A stretch of DNA of 64,000 nt, from IMG/VR virus record IMGVR_UViG_3300046703_000247, positions 1 through 64,000 of that record, one strand, 5' to 3'. Numbering within the stretch: the stretch's first letter is position 1; every line of letters starts with the position of its first letter. The notes beneath the pieces were generated by a model. That model ran no database searches and was not told where the DNA came from. It saw only the letters and a list, made by a program, of their open reading frames with translations. Made by a program: the position numbers and the translations under genes. Below are positions 41,001 through 48,157 of the stretch, piece after piece. This stretch comes from a virus.

Positions 41001-44000
41001 TGGCGCGGCATCAAGCAGCGCAATGTGCTCCTGGCCCACTGGGTAGGAACCGGCAAAACCTTCGAAGGCATCACCATCGGCATGGAGCTGAAGCGGCTGG
41101 GTCTCATCCAGCGGCCGATGTACGTGGTTCCGAACGCCACCCTGGGCGGTTGGCAGTTGCAGTTCAACCAACTCTACCCGCAGAAGCGCGTCATTGTTTT
41201 CAGCGAGAAGGACCTGGAGAAGGAAAACCGGCGGGCCACTATCGCGCGCATCGCGGGCGGCGAGTGGGACGCGGTTGTCATGCCCGAGTCCAGTTTCCGG
41301 TTCATCCGCACCGGCGACGAGATCTTCAACCAGCATTTTCAGCGTCTCCAGGAAGAATTGGACACCTCCATCCAAGAGGCTGAGGGCGCCGGGATGGACA
41401 CCCGGATGATTAAGCGCATGGAAAAGATGCGCGACAAGCTGCTCACGGCCCTGCAGGATAAGCGCAACGCGGAGCGGCAGGATCAGACCATCATCTGGGA
41501 GCAGTTGGGGATCGATTGGCTGTTCGTGGACGAATCCCACCACTACCGCAAGTTGGGGTTCTCAACCAAACAGCAGAACATCGCCGGCATCGATGTGAAC
41601 GGCAACCAGATGACGTTCGACCTGCTCATGAAGATGCGGCACGTCCAGACGACCGGGCGCGGAGTGGTCTTCGCCACGGGTACACCGATTGTCAACACCA
41701 TTGGGGAAATGTACTCTCTGATGCGCTACCTGATTGAGCCGGAAATGCAGGCGCGCGGCATCGGCCGCTTCGATGAATGGTCGGCCGACTACGCCCGGAC
41801 GGTCCCCGTGTTCGAACCGAAGGTGGAGGGTGGCGGCTACCGGATGAAGGACCGCTTCGCCCGCATCGTCAACATCCCCGAGTTGGCGAACCTGTTCCGC
41901 TCCTTCGCCGATGTGGTCACCAATGACATGGTAGACCTAAAGATCCCGGGTTTGGCGGGAGGGGAACGCAAGAGCATCCTGACGGACTTGAGCGACGAGC
42001 AGACTCAATATCTGGAAGAAGATCTGCGACCCCGCGGGGCCGCTATTCGCCACAACCCCCGGGATGCCATGCCGGACAACATGCTGGCTGTCTATACCGA
42101 CGCCGGCAAGATGGCATTGGACATCCGGACGGTAATGCCGCACGCCAAAGAGGACCCCGGCAGCCGGCTGAACAAAGCCGCCGAAATCATCTTCCGCGAC
42201 TGGCAGGACAGCGCGAAGACGAAGGGCGTACAGGCCATATTCTGCGACTGGGGCAAGCCCAACAGCGCGCGCCCCCTTGCGGATCGCGGGCAGTTCTCGG
42301 TGTACGACGAGCTGATTCGAAAGCTGATTAAAAAAGGCATCCCGCGCGAGCAGATTGCCACTATCTATCAGGCGAAAGGGAAGGACCAGCGGGCCCGGCT
42401 CTTCCAGCAGGTGAACGAGGGGACCATCCGGATCATCCTCGGTTCCACGAAGAAGCTCGGTGAAGGCGTAAACATTCAGGAGCGCCTATATTCCCTTCAT
42501 CACCTGGACCTGCCGCACACGCCCTCGGAACTAGACCAGCGCGAAGGCCGCGCCCTGCGCCAAGGGAACACCAACCCCGACGTGCGGGTGTACTACTACA
42601 TGACCCGGGGCTCACTCGACGAAATGAAGTTCGCCAACGTCCTGCGTAAGGCGAAGTTCATCCTGGCCATGATGCAGGGCAAGGCCACGGTACGCGAGGC
42701 CGACGACGTGGGCGGTATGATCCCCTCTCTTGAGATGTTCCAGGCGGCCACCTCGGGGGATCCGCGCGTGCTGAGGAAGATGGAGGTTGACGCCGAAGTA
42801 GCGCGCCTCGAGGCCATTCACTACGCCTGGCGGAATCAGCAATGGGACGAGCGGCGCCAGTTGGCGGACCTGCCTGGCAGAATCAGTCGCTTTGAAACTA
42901 CCATCTCCAATTCCCGAAGTGACATCGCCCTGCGGGACGCGCACCTGCCGGGGGTGTGGTCGGTCCGCGGGCAGACCTATGAAGGCAAAACTCCGGAAGC
43001 GGCGAAGGCACTTGCCGAGTACTCCAACAGCAGGCGAAGGGAGCATGACGCGGATCTGAAAACGGAGATGGCCAAGGCTATAGCGGAAGGCGGTGAAGAC
43101 GCCAAGAAGGTCCGCGCGCTACAGAATCGAGCCTTTACAGAAGCGGGGAAGCGCTTTCCTCCCGAGATCATCGCTGAATACGCCGGTTTCAAGATCCGGT
43201 TTGATCCCATTGATGGGGCAATGACCATCGTTGGCGAAGGGTCCGCATACGGGATGGAGCGGCAGGACACCGCGACAGGCACGCTCGCGAGCGCAGCCTA
43301 CTTCATTCACCACCATTTTGAAAAGGCCATCACCAGTGCCGAAGAGGACATTGCCCGCGCCAGGCGCGACGAGGAACAGTTGCAGATCTCTGTCGGAAAG
43401 TCCTGGCCCTATCAGAAGCAGTTCGACAACCTGGTTGCCGAGCAGGAGACCCTGACTCACGATTTGGGCGGCGATCACGGAGACCCCGGCGCCGCTCTGC
43501 TCGAGGATGGGGAGGAAATAGAAGACAAGCGGGTGGAAGCCGAGGAGACGGCAGAGTCTGGAGACGAGGCCCAGCCGGAGCAGCCGCACCCAACCACACC
43601 CAATCCACCTACGCCGGGCCGGCGGCCGGGAGCAGCTACGCAATCCCGCCGCTCCAGCCAGGCCGGCGCGGCCAGCCTCGATCTGCTCACCCTGGGAGCG
43701 CCCAAGTTCATCCAAGAGGATGTCGCCCCAGCCCTCGGCAGGGTCGCCCAGAACTTTGTGGCGGTCAAAAACGAGATCTTCACGATTATCGCCCCGGCCG
43801 CTCGCGGGCCCGCCGCCAAACAAACTGCCCTCTCCGTGCGCTACCGGGCGGCCGAGTTGGCCCAGAAGACGGACCGTGCCCTGGCCGCCCTCAAGGAAAC
43901 CCGCCGCTACTTCGACTCGCTGCCCGAGTGGAACCGGTTGGAGTTCATGGACCGCATCGAAAACGGCCAGCAGCAGATCTATCCACAGGAGGACGCGATT

Positions 44001-46415
44001 GCTGAGGTCTTTCGCGAGATGCTCGACGGCCGCCGGCAGGATGTGCAGGATTTGGGAACCGGAAAACTTGAGAACTGGATCGAGAACTACTTCCCACACA
44101 TCTGGGAGGACCCCGAAAAGGCCACCAAGTTCGCCGCCGACTGGCTCGCAAAGCGCCCGTTCGAAGGAAAGAAAGCGTTTCTCAAGAAGCGCAAGATCCC
44201 TACTATTCAAGAGGGCATGAACGCCGGGCTCGTGCCGGTCTCAACCAACCCCGTCGACCTGGTCCTCATGAAGGTCCGGGAGATGGACAAGTACATCATG
44301 GCCCACAAGGCCCTCGGCGATCTGAAGGACATGGGCTTTCTGCCATTCGTTTCCTCTTTCGACAAACTCCCGGAGGGTCACAAGTGGATCGATGACCGGG
44401 TCGCCACGGTCTTCGGGCCACCCACCGTCACAGTGAAAGAGGCCTTCGATCAGCAGTTGAGCGACCGGCTGAACCAGTTGGCCGACGCCCTCGGCATCAA
44501 ACACGAGCGCAAGGTCCAAATCGGCGGTCAGCGAAGCGGGTATGCCGAAAAAGCCAGCGGCAAAGTGGTGACGCGCTTCGCCTCCCCCGAGAGCGTGCTG
44601 ATCCACGAGATCGGCCACCAGTTGGAGTGGAAGTACAACCTGCTCTCCCTGCTGAAAGACCGCGACTTCCCGGAGCGCACCAAGGAACTGCGCGCGCTGG
44701 CGGACCTCCGCTATGAGGGGGACCCCGACGTCGCCGAATCCTTCAAGAAGTACGTGCGCCGGAAGGACGAGAAGATCGCCAACGCGGTGATGGCGGTGCT
44801 GTACGCGCCGGAGAAAGTCAAAGCCGTGGCGCCCAACACCTGGGATTTTCTACGCGATGAGCTGTGGCATATCCCCGCGTTGCGGCCACTGTTTGACATC
44901 AAACCTTCCCTGGTGCTCGGAGCCCGCACAGCGGAAGTGCCGGTTGGTGGGCTGGTGATTATTGGGAGGTACGCGGCGCCTGAGCCTGCCGCGCGCGTGC
45001 TCAACAACTACCTCTCTCCGGGCCTGCGGGACAGGAGCATGCTATTCCGGTCCTACCTGGGGGCGGCCAACGTGCTGAACCAGTTCCAATTGGGTTGGAG
45101 CGCGTTCCACTTGGGGTTCACCAGCATGGATGCGGCGGTTTCGAAGTTCGGCCTGGGGATCTACCAACTGGCCCACGGTCATCCGCTCGAGGCCTTGGGT
45201 TCCATGGCGCTCACTCCCGTGGCTCCCTTCACCAACATCCTGCACGGGGACAAAATCCTGAAGGAATGGGATCATCCGGGAACCCAGAGCGCACAGATTG
45301 CTGAACTGGTCGACGCCATGGTCCAGGCCGGCGGCCGGGCCCACATGGACAAGTTCTATGAGACCCAGATCAGCAAGCGGATGACAAACACCATGCGCGG
45401 TGCCCTTCAGGCGTGGCAGGGCGGCAACTGGGTGGGCGCTGGGGCACGAATCGTGGGAGCTGGGCTGCAACTGCCCTTCGCCCTCACCGAGCAGGCTTCT
45501 CGCCCCATCATGGAATGGCTGGTTCCACGTCAGAAGATGGGCGTCTTCGCGGACATGGCGCGATTTGAACTGGATCGCCTTGGAAATAATGCAACCGAGC
45601 AGGACAAGCGGGCAGCCCTCGCCAAGGCCTGGGATTCGGTTGACAACCGCATGGGCCAACTCGTCTACGACAACCTCTTCTGGAACAAGGTCACCAAGGA
45701 CCTGGCCATGGGTTCGATCCGGTCGGTAGGTTGGAACGTCGGAACAATCCGGGAACTGGTGGGAGGCGCCGGAGATACCGTGGTTGCTCTCGGGGGCGCC
45801 CTCGGCGGGAAGAAGCCCGAGATGACCTGGCGCATGTCCTACCTGATTGCCCTGCCGATCGTCGTCGGGATTCTGGGGGCCATCCTTTATTACCTGTTCA
45901 ACGGCAAGGCACCCGAGAACCTGCGCGACGTATATGCCCCGCGGACCGGTCTCAAGGACAAGTCTGGGATGCCCGAGCGGCTGATGCTGCCGAGCTACAT
46001 GAAGGACGTGATCCACTACACCAAGGAACCCGTCCGGACGGCCACCAATAAAATCCATCCGCTGCTCACGCTGATCGCCGACACGCTCACCAACGAAGAC
46101 TTCGCGCACCGAAAGATTCGTGATCCCAAGGACCCGCTCGAGAAGCAGCTCGTTGAATTGGCGGACCACGTTGCCACGCAATTCGTCCCAATGGCCTGGC
46201 GGGGCTGGGTGGACCCCGGCAAGCGGCGCCCGCAGGCCAACTGGACCGAGGAATATCTGCCGTTCGTCGGCATCACCCCAGCACCGAAGGCCATCAAGGA
46301 AGGCGGAAACCAGCCGGCCACCGCCGCCCCGAACCTCCGCCGCATGTTGAGCGCCCCGGCCTCGGGCTACCGTGGCGGCTCACTCAAGCAACTCGGCCGC
46401 CCCGCCGGCTACTGA
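29055..46415 (+). CDS. giant polyvalent internal virion protein: SLT transglycosylase, 2H phosphoesterase, DarB-like N6-MTase + SNF2 helicase, HExxH module, C-terminal LPD-type region
   Basis: RES...SPKKARGVMQLMP...ALAAYNAG (SLT); HVT/HAT (2H); LEPAVGVGNF, ISNVPF (MTase); HWVGTGKT, VDESH, ATGTP, QREGRALRQGN (SF2); IHEIGH. Confidence 0.9.
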   Translation: MPLTDTPDSFVPDVPTPEEVEAELRAAAKAHGLDEDLALRVANRESRLTQSATSPKKARGVMQLMPETAKTLGVDPEDWQQNIQGGVKLLKSNLDYYKGDTRKALAAYNAGRGPVDKYNGVPPYKETQEYVDNILGKPVAPPPSFEPDPPSFEADQPVTIPGLLKPGNIDLTARPVHKNPDGTTSTVLSMRFGEDGKEILVPKVSEDGTWILSDEEAVDTYHKTGKHLGIFKDVPSANAYAQQLHEDYASGRIKLKTPGAADPPSFEADQPTALQVPAQIPSRAELATMGERLGVLRMTLDTQAEQMARNRAALEAEAQQFTPKTPPEQLAAFDQKVKLHNLDLAEFQNAVAGHAKDIEAYNAGTAAFNENLGRYDQAMKVPPGTQRTGLPGMPLTRMPVQVQPSGVLGLAKESLPWKIANTQAFKALGLPTTADAYDYSVEAAKKLVAKVLGEPSETTARKHPGVAATLTFGARVARLFPEVADFILTPAGTATAIATAVAPPAVVAGVGAAFSTDIALKANDAIEVARTNPTPENIGEAVKLSAMALLPFLRPAAELGRKVERGIEQHNVQAAQLVERERTQGLGKEWGQAILGEEPVRVEIAGKSHTIQALGGNPVAGSVRPRPTYQVVDDATGKAVYSGEAPAVQGYLEQQQAVRVGGLVTSVDQISAQLDTEYSKAVADRAVAQSVRDQIRQLQKFSPEQLKAEQAKGKVILDHEAELNQKGVAGLSETDLVEVQQHLQMVDDLLAGKPISDNFAEQAVKEADAHISEIQKKRAQLGAEGTKLPQAQRPAAPGPAAPAVIAKGTTVAGGKITVTEVKGGKVGFEKTMPGGQKIRGTMPIEAFRSQFLATSQPVQPQPTAQPKPRETEPTVPSPKPTFSLSEAEQAQYDQVAEFARTAGKPLTDKLLWEKLKIPRHEGAKILAVMKQQGALDQQGQPQALSPQPVVQPQPPGAKPAVSPLATPLPLNAAPVGQAYQGELAGDWSPYYRTMAEAQAAGAKNVQLGAAPEVWNGQKWAGAVSNDAKQQAQPQPPGAKPAVSPLATPLPSEPQTPALEALKRQMSDFYRRRVRVNDRTFVGGVYNPNRSEEERQSIDAQLEEIDSEARSVLSKVPQNDLPELMSADNRMRVLEGDNPLTRNDRGGPDWAAQEWLNRIVEVTPERAALSAPTSTPAPAGKQIAAPQPPAVRAPAPAETPASFEPDTLPRSLELEQKHGLSPAEAAVINHALDRLPQVRKDYSSAAEALQKEALRLAAPANVPLDKIANIKLLKRILADYLDPEQFRAAEAQNKEPWQMTREEFTAPVREDLARWNSSFDELRAKRGGTRGQTPAQALFDAKQKHEEGRKPYLERIAETEQLHERNIRRAVADGKPVPAAVLAEYPDLKPAQALDPDQVYRRAQAEMERRHLKQGLEQLIALDPDNPREDDLGVGNDLEDVTGNLQSIGFSRPEIQAVLEGRRQRLQAHREQSARAAEAIKPAMPGGVVYEAVGKAVGASRDKKDSQMFVWRTDSEKQGYEFLNALGNNLQYGHKDLPAAIRAVAEQNPDWTDLSKTALTALGREEVVSEKKPQVASPESQPKEKPTEYDFASTQVNLPPEIAQAMQEFNAQIPDEDLAVEAGAKYGGETAAKGREEQSHVTLLYGIKSENPDAVRKLLENQPPITLKLGKTSVFAGTDNGDVLKIDVESEDLERLNKLLKDNLEFTETHPGYKPHATLAYLKVGKGKEWSGKDVPGVTGKTVTLDRIAFSDKSGEQTSIQLKGEKPQTTPKPQPRETEPTVPSPKPASSLSEIPKPKAYTFANHKFMSAKDKQLTFKAWITFLRNGLQQKDFTKRLYEQLHQHMGFIAHYNINGFYEEYFLHGEDTERFIQHFDLADHRYGPDSTNGFWMNSDTAKDLNRAMVDEAAPYLPGLLEKAAAGQKAEDLAEAQRLQAKHGAPAPAPVVTHKLQGGGIVQELKSPELRFQKNDHVRWTDKDGNAKEGYVSRVEGHLVFIGTESDQKFGMFRPVMASKVELIEDEGDTPTPKRDEGVEGKQPQVASPRAPAKTEAPAKTGDIERQITEAESDLAAARKLYEGTEDGTLDQEEAIREMHQALAEVNRLQAEAAKENPLLTEQAEGRRQTMPPMPKGKESHWQQLMDDSSDLGATAGEEYVVDYGLWVERGKPAGKEPEKPNAERETSIDRGEYPKGWLRQAAAEFQTSFDKEVAKGLKEIEQETARNAAGAAADAARELEIRKAEIQDLAAKLREHASGDRTDLAERKRLVTAALDLKTGKKLNEDTDALWEQAIRPAIEAIRRAAVDKIEGKQITPDTPVWEMRPAQYLEHRREQALQIPKGSFLEREPGEWRTEFLVTLSKEELGVLLRLNGLPINGTKAMMVQRFQDARALRNQFEGKTAEQIEEEMTGAEIDRALEQLGAGKYGNKLTRAGTILGTIQSQRKKGESVLAEFNYQRAIYRAVGKGQPVPEEIQKKYGAFQTIEDVAAAIPEEGTAEPDKKIRIGDRVTWKGFDKVVRVGTVSHIRHHIENGRERNTLEIDGDDHGRYFPDDVDVTKVAAETRDEGGAGEATAGLRPQQAPAETPAEPTEYALSGDTYRFKNIIRAQLQGKWNGKEKVWIIPASQVEAARKLSKKIEVKPFGQVKTAPAQPPMDEQTASAVIQDLVKTISEAQEEVHFAQNDKDTDKGASTQANEAKLATAVKDLRSVVTEAKKYLDFPNAPESDREALRTQLYRAEQNLRGYERPGPSINQTIEAEKYVEKLTGPEQTYAAKYKDYWLGKIAEEPPYVGVHINPLRAEGIRTHLKHVLGKRVEVTGGPEATKPATETRVPKWGNLTELEAELLRGLNRPQPIGDLFDSIGQHWPDSEKIKVLHALDSHGLVKAIHGGGYERTEAGTVAIGKGPAEAYLPKGTAPAPAPKGSFKYEFQVHGEGGKWSDNALRFATEKEAQAAGDEHLTRWTMADAVRVVPSEDAPNYRWDDDQYKSVRLSGKEEGVQGEKPEVSPPEAPAPTVEEALAIIERKGSAHWEDTTIKVVPHPSVTGMVDTDGTSFSVEVTRNGERNIIEAAPLSLEDAQKKAARMLVERAKLPPLGKKQSIMEAEQPNAPGGIQQPVRSTGARPVEEQLPEGSRAPGEAGNAPQVGRVRDQAGGRGTRAGAGKRSELHPGGGSVPTRVGPATDVERSLPPRSRDVANNRHEHDFRIPDRRVISGSPETRAKANLAAIRLLREIQQDNRAATVEEQETLARYVGWGAVPQLFAGNTSEWKALQNDLRKSLSEEEYSLAQNSTKNAHYTGDEVVDAMWATLERMGATPGMNWLEPAVGVGNFFGRQPEALLAGSRRIGIDKDSLSAQIATLLYPDSGIQNQPFEEAELPKDYFDAAISNVPFADVKVHDPEFRNKIYLRSSVHNYFFAKTLGNVKPGGIVAFITSHYTMDAYGQEARAFRKWIASQADFLGAVRLPSNAFMQSSGTHVITDIVFLQKRLPNAAPAGEDWVETVNKTLSGQWGVYPVTTNAYYKRHPEHLLGEEKLKRGQFSDHDYFVEGELTPAALKKALSKIPGQFQQWQTGATAPRRIALREIRAESDKAKLGALFFDDKGDLFRKTSKGSAEPIPVSADAKQKIKGQLELRNAYAELLELERKDAPEAALDSARKRLNRMYDKYVAEHGPLSSRSNTELLKGDPDAPHVVSLERKWDPKTKTAEKSPIFKRRMLQPPKALEHTADAKDALYVSLNQTGRIDFERMEKLTGKGSTQLQSELKGIIYQDPTSREWEMADEYLSGAVRTKLRQAQAVAKLEPEFEENVKALEQVQPDDIPPAQIRVALGATWVPIDIYTEFATHILNSSTDTPVRYVANHWHVDEPYYSSARSKSQWDTGRMNAHQILEGSLNMTRLKVHDWDSDKKRDVINQPETAAAQAKQQELQTYFERWLLSTEAARTDQMVRLYNDAKNDLRLPTFDGSHLTLPEIVRDPQIVTGGDLAPHQKNAVWRGIKQRNVLLAHWVGTGKTFEGITIGMELKRLGLIQRPMYVVPNATLGGWQLQFNQLYPQKRVIVFSEKDLEKENRRATIARIAGGEWDAVVMPESSFRFIRTGDEIFNQHFQRLQEELDTSIQEAEGAGMDTRMIKRMEKMRDKLLTALQDKRNAERQDQTIIWEQLGIDWLFVDESHHYRKLGFSTKQQNIAGIDVNGNQMTFDLLMKMRHVQTTGRGVVFATGTPIVNTIGEMYSLMRYLIEPEMQARGIGRFDEWSADYARTVPVFEPKVEGGGYRMKDRFARIVNIPELANLFRSFADVVTNDMVDLKIPGLAGGERKSILTDLSDEQTQYLEEDLRPRGAAIRHNPRDAMPDNMLAVYTDAGKMALDIRTVMPHAKEDPGSRLNKAAEIIFRDWQDSAKTKGVQAIFCDWGKPNSARPLADRGQFSVYDELIRKLIKKGIPREQIATIYQAKGKDQRARLFQQVNEGTIRIILGSTKKLGEGVNIQERLYSLHHLDLPHTPSELDQREGRALRQGNTNPDVRVYYYMTRGSLDEMKFANVLRKAKFILAMMQGKATVREADDVGGMIPSLEMFQAATSGDPRVLRKMEVDAEVARLEAIHYAWRNQQWDERRQLADLPGRISRFETTISNSRSDIALRDAHLPGVWSVRGQTYEGKTPEAAKALAEYSNSRRREHDADLKTEMAKAIAEGGEDAKKVRALQNRAFTEAGKRFPPEIIAEYAGFKIRFDPIDGAMTIVGEGSAYGMERQDTATGTLASAAYFIHHHFEKAITSAEEDIARARRDEEQLQISVGKSWPYQKQFDNLVAEQETLTHDLGGDHGDPGAALLEDGEEIEDKRVEAEETAESGDEAQPEQPHPTTPNPPTPGRRPGAATQSRRSSQAGAASLDLLTLGAPKFIQEDVAPALGRVAQNFVAVKNEIFTIIAPAARGPAAKQTALSVRYRAAELAQKTDRALAALKETRRYFDSLPEWNRLEFMDRIENGQQQIYPQEDAIAEVFREMLDGRRQDVQDLGTGKLENWIENYFPHIWEDPEKATKFAADWLAKRPFEGKKAFLKKRKIPTIQEGMNAGLVPVSTNPVDLVLMKVREMDKYIMAHKALGDLKDMGFLPFVSSFDKLPEGHKWIDDRVATVFGPPTVTVKEAFDQQLSDRLNQLADALGIKHERKVQIGGQRSGYAEKASGKVVTRFASPESVLIHEIGHQLEWKYNLLSLLKDRDFPERTKELRALADLRYEGDPDVAESFKKYVRRKDEKIANAVMAVLYAPEKVKAVAPNTWDFLRDELWHIPALRPLFDIKPSLVLGARTAEVPVGGLVIIGRYAAPEPAARVLNNYLSPGLRDRSMLFRSYLGAANVLNQFQLGWSAFHLGFTSMDAAVSKFGLGIYQLAHGHPLEALGSMALTPVAPFTNILHGDKILKEWDHPGTQSAQIAELVDAMVQAGGRAHMDKFYETQISKRMTNTMRGALQAWQGGNWVGAGARIVGAGLQLPFALTEQASRPIMEWLVPRQKMGVFADMARFELDRLGNNATEQDKRAALAKAWDSVDNRMGQLVYDNLFWNKVTKDLAMGSIRSVGWNVGTIRELVGGAGDTVVALGGALGGKKPEMTWRMSYLIALPIVVGILGAILYYLFNGKAPENLRDVYAPRTGLKDKSGMPERLMLPSYMKDVIHYTKEPVRTATNKIHPLLTLIADTLTNEDFAHRKIRDPKDPLEKQLVELADHVATQFVPMAWRGWVDPGKRRPQANWTEEYLPFVGITPAPKAIKEGGNQPATAAPNLRRMLSAPASGYRGGSLKQLGRPAGY
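31649..31705 (-). repeat. hairpin repeat R12, in-frame in giant gene
   Basis: Encodes PKPRETEPTVPSPKPTFSL. Confidence 0.85.
31908..31962 (-). repeat. hairpin repeat R13, in-frame
   Basis: Encodes PQPPGAKPAVSPLATPLP; identical to R14 over ~55 bp. Confidence 0.9.
32150..32205 (-). repeat. hairpin repeat R14, in-frame
   Basis: Encodes PQPPGAKPAVSPLATPLP. Confidence 0.9.
33741..33795 (+). repeat. hairpin repeat R15, in-frame
   Basis: AGGGAAGAAGTGGTCTCGGAGAAGAAACCGCAGGTTGCGTCTCCGGAGTCTCAGC; left edge of 2H domain. Confidence 0.85.
34367..34423 (-). repeat. hairpin repeat R16, in-frame
   Basis: Encodes PQPRETEPTVPSPKPASSL; close to R12; right edge of 2H domain. Confidence 0.85.
35136..35191 (+). 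repeat. hairpin repeat R17, in-frame
   Basis: AGGGATGAAGGGGTCGAGGGGAAGCAACCGCAGGTGGCGTCCCCTCGGGCTCCAGC. Confidence 0.85.
36729..36787 (+). repeat. hairpin repeat R18, in-frame
   Basis: AGGGATGAAGGGGGCGCGGGGGAAGCAACC-GCAG-GGTTGCGTCCCCAGCAGGCTCCGGC. Confidence 0.85.
38016..38071 (+). repeat. hairpin repeat R19, in-frame
   Basis: AAGGAAGAGGGGGTGCAGGGGGAGAAACC-GGA-GGTTTCGCCTCCTGAAGCGCCGGC. Confidence 0.8.
38356..38619 (+). CDS. putative overprinted small gene (TnpV-like) in an alternative frame of the giant gene
   Basis: CATAAT and GGAGG upstream; protein-like W....PK....LEK.G.L...A...QAE....EW, while the giant frame here is G/R-rich low complexity. Confidence 0.5.
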   Translation: MPQVEYSSPFVQLVLDQWKNNFPKEAERLEKQGTLLKWAEYATKRAGAVHEQALANGASYTQAEDLSLPEWGQPPTLNDPSLPVPET

Positions 46416-46451
46416 AACATCCTGCAACCCACTGAAACGCTCTGCAACACC

Positions 46452-46868
46452 ATGCTCCCCAGCCGAAAGCTGATCGCCTTCTTATCGCTCTACGAGACCC
46501 TGGACCCCCAGAAGTTGTTGCAGGTCACCGCCGGCCTGAATCACCTGGTCACAGCCCCCTTATCGCGCCACCAGTTCGACGCCTTAGTCTCATTGACGTG
46601 CAGCATCGGGGTCTCGGACCTGCGCACTTCGAACCTGCTTTACCAGATTAATCTGTCGAATTGGGAAGCCGCAGCAAAGGAGTGGAAGCGCTGGCACTGG
46701 TGGCAAGGGGTACCCCACCTAGCCGACGACCGGCGCGCGGCGGAACTGAAGATCTGGGAGCAAGGCTGGCCCGTCAGTAAATCGAAACGAAAGGAACGAC
46801 CATGCCAAAAGACCCGACCTACCACAAGGCCGCAAGCGAAACGCGGTTGCGGATCCGCCACGCAATAA
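46452..46868 (+). CDS. truncated or degenerate GH24 lysozyme (R21/RrrD-like)
   Basis: L..HQFDALVSL...IG....S.LL..IN......AA.E..RW...RR.AE; catalytic D/T loop missing. Confidence 0.65.
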   Translation: MLPSRKLIAFLSLYETLDPQKLLQVTAGLNHLVTAPLSRHQFDALVSLTCSIGVSDLRTSNLLYQINLSNWEAAAKEWKRWHWWQGVPHLADDRRAAELKIWEQGWPVSKSKRKERPCQKTRPTTRPQAKRGCGSATQ

Positions 46869-46986
46869 AGTGCATTTTCAAGGCCGCCCCGCATTCCTGT
46901 TGGGTGGTTGTGGACATCGAGAAAAAGATCAACCAGTTCATCCTGGGGATGGACGAGCGGCAGGACAAGCGGAAGGGTGGATTGTG

Positions 46987-47202
46987 ATGGCACTGATCGA
47001 CGTTTTGGAAGCGAAGGACATCGACCAACTCGGCCAAGTGCTCCTGGGCGCGCTCGACCGCGGCAAGGAAATCGTTCAGGAACTCCGCGACGAATCCGAA
47101 ATCGTAATCGAGATCCCCGGCCCCATCCGAATTCACTTCAAACGTAAGGAGAAATTTCAATGTCCCTTAAAGCCTGGCTCTTTGGACTCCTCTCCGGTGT
47201 GA
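46987..47202 (+). CDS. hypothetical protein
   Basis: MALIDVLEAKDIDQLG..., coupled in operon. Confidence 0.5.
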   Translation: MALIDVLEAKDIDQLGQVLLGALDRGKEIVQELRDESEIVIEIPGPIRIHFKRKEKFQCPLKPGSLDSSPV

Positions 47203-47447
47203 TTGCCTCGGCCGCAAACGCTGGATCGGGGCTGCTCGGAGCGATGGTCCTGGGTCCCGAGTTGCTGCATGATCGAAACTTCTGGAAGGTGATGTGTGCG
47301 ACTGCGCTATTCGCCGGCCTGAAGACCGCCCTGGCGTGGCTGAAACAGAGCCCTCTGCCGGCCGTTTTACTCACTACGGAGACGGTCACCACCGTCAAGA
47401 CCACCAGCACGGACCCGGCGCCAGCCGTGCCAGATCCCAAGCAGTAA
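47160..47447 (+). CDS. holin-like membrane protein
   Basis: RBS AAGGAG; two hydrophobic segments; LKQSPLP motif; near lysozyme gene. Confidence 0.6.
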   Translation: MSLKAWLFGLLSGVIASAANAGSGLLGAMVLGPELLHDRNFWKVMCATALFAGLKTALAWLKQSPLPAVLLTTETVTTVKTTSTDPAPAVPDPKQ

Positions 47448-47506
47448 ACGCCCGACGCCCGCGGACTCCGCGCGGCCCAGACCGAATCTTTTGAAAGGCA
47501 CTTCCT

Positions 47507-47758
47507 ATGTCCATCGCCAATTGCAACTTCACCCCTCAGAGCTGTAAAGAACTCATCAACGTGCGGATCGCACAGGAAGGCTCATTCGAGCGGCTCGATA
47601 GCCTCGAACGCTGGCAGGAAAATCAGAACGGCCACATCAGCCGGATTGACAACAAGCTCGATAAATTCTTCTGGTTCTGGTTGAGTTTACTGGCAACCTC
47701 GGCCGGCACCCTGCTGGTCCTGATCCTCACCCAGACTGGTGTGCTTGGCCATCGTTAG
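47507..47758 (+). CDS. coiled coil + C-terminal TM protein (XhlA/holin-like)
   Basis: RL..LE...QNG.I.RI..KLD followed by a TM helix. Confidence 0.6.
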   Translation: MSIANCNFTPQSCKELINVRIAQEGSFERLDSLERWQENQNGHISRIDNKLDKFFWFWLSLLATSAGTLLVLILTQTGVLGHR

Positions 47759-47766
47759 CCCTCCCA

Positions 47767-48135
47767 ATGGCTCTCCGCCTGGTCCGTCAACCGCCCGGGA
47801 CTTCGCTGTGTGGCCAGTGCTGTGTGGCCATGGCAGCCGAAGTGTGCCTCGACAGGGCCATTGCGGTTGTCAATCATCGCGGGCCCGCTGGAACCACCAC
47901 GCGGGAAGTGATTGCGGCCCTTCGGAAGTTGGGGTTGAAGTGCGCCGATCGCTGCCGGCCGCTCTCCCGAATCAGACCGAGCTACCCGAGGCGGGCCATC
48001 CTCGCACTGCGACAGAACGGGCGAGCGCGCTACCACTGGGTGTATTACGAGGATGGAGTCTTCTACGATCCGGAAGATGAATGGCCGCGCTATGACGGGT
48101 GGCGAATTACAAGTTACCTAGAAGTCTTCGGTTGA
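47767..48135 (+). CDS. C39-like cysteine peptidase
   Basis: VRQ.....CGQCCVAM; HWV; YDP. Confidence 0.7.
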   Translation: MALRLVRQPPGTSLCGQCCVAMAAEVCLDRAIAVVNHRGPAGTTTREVIAALRKLGLKCADRCRPLSRIRPSYPRRAILALRQNGRARYHWVYYEDGVFYDPEDEWPRYDGWRITSYLEVFG

Positions 48136-48157
48136 ATCTGCATCATCCTGCCTTTTT

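Noticed and set aside
17696-46181. Long - strand ORFs opposite structural and giant genes (e.g. 17696-18805, 20347-21513, 43119-44210, 45042-46181)
   Set aside because: Antisense shadows expected from high-GC codon bias; no motifs or RBS
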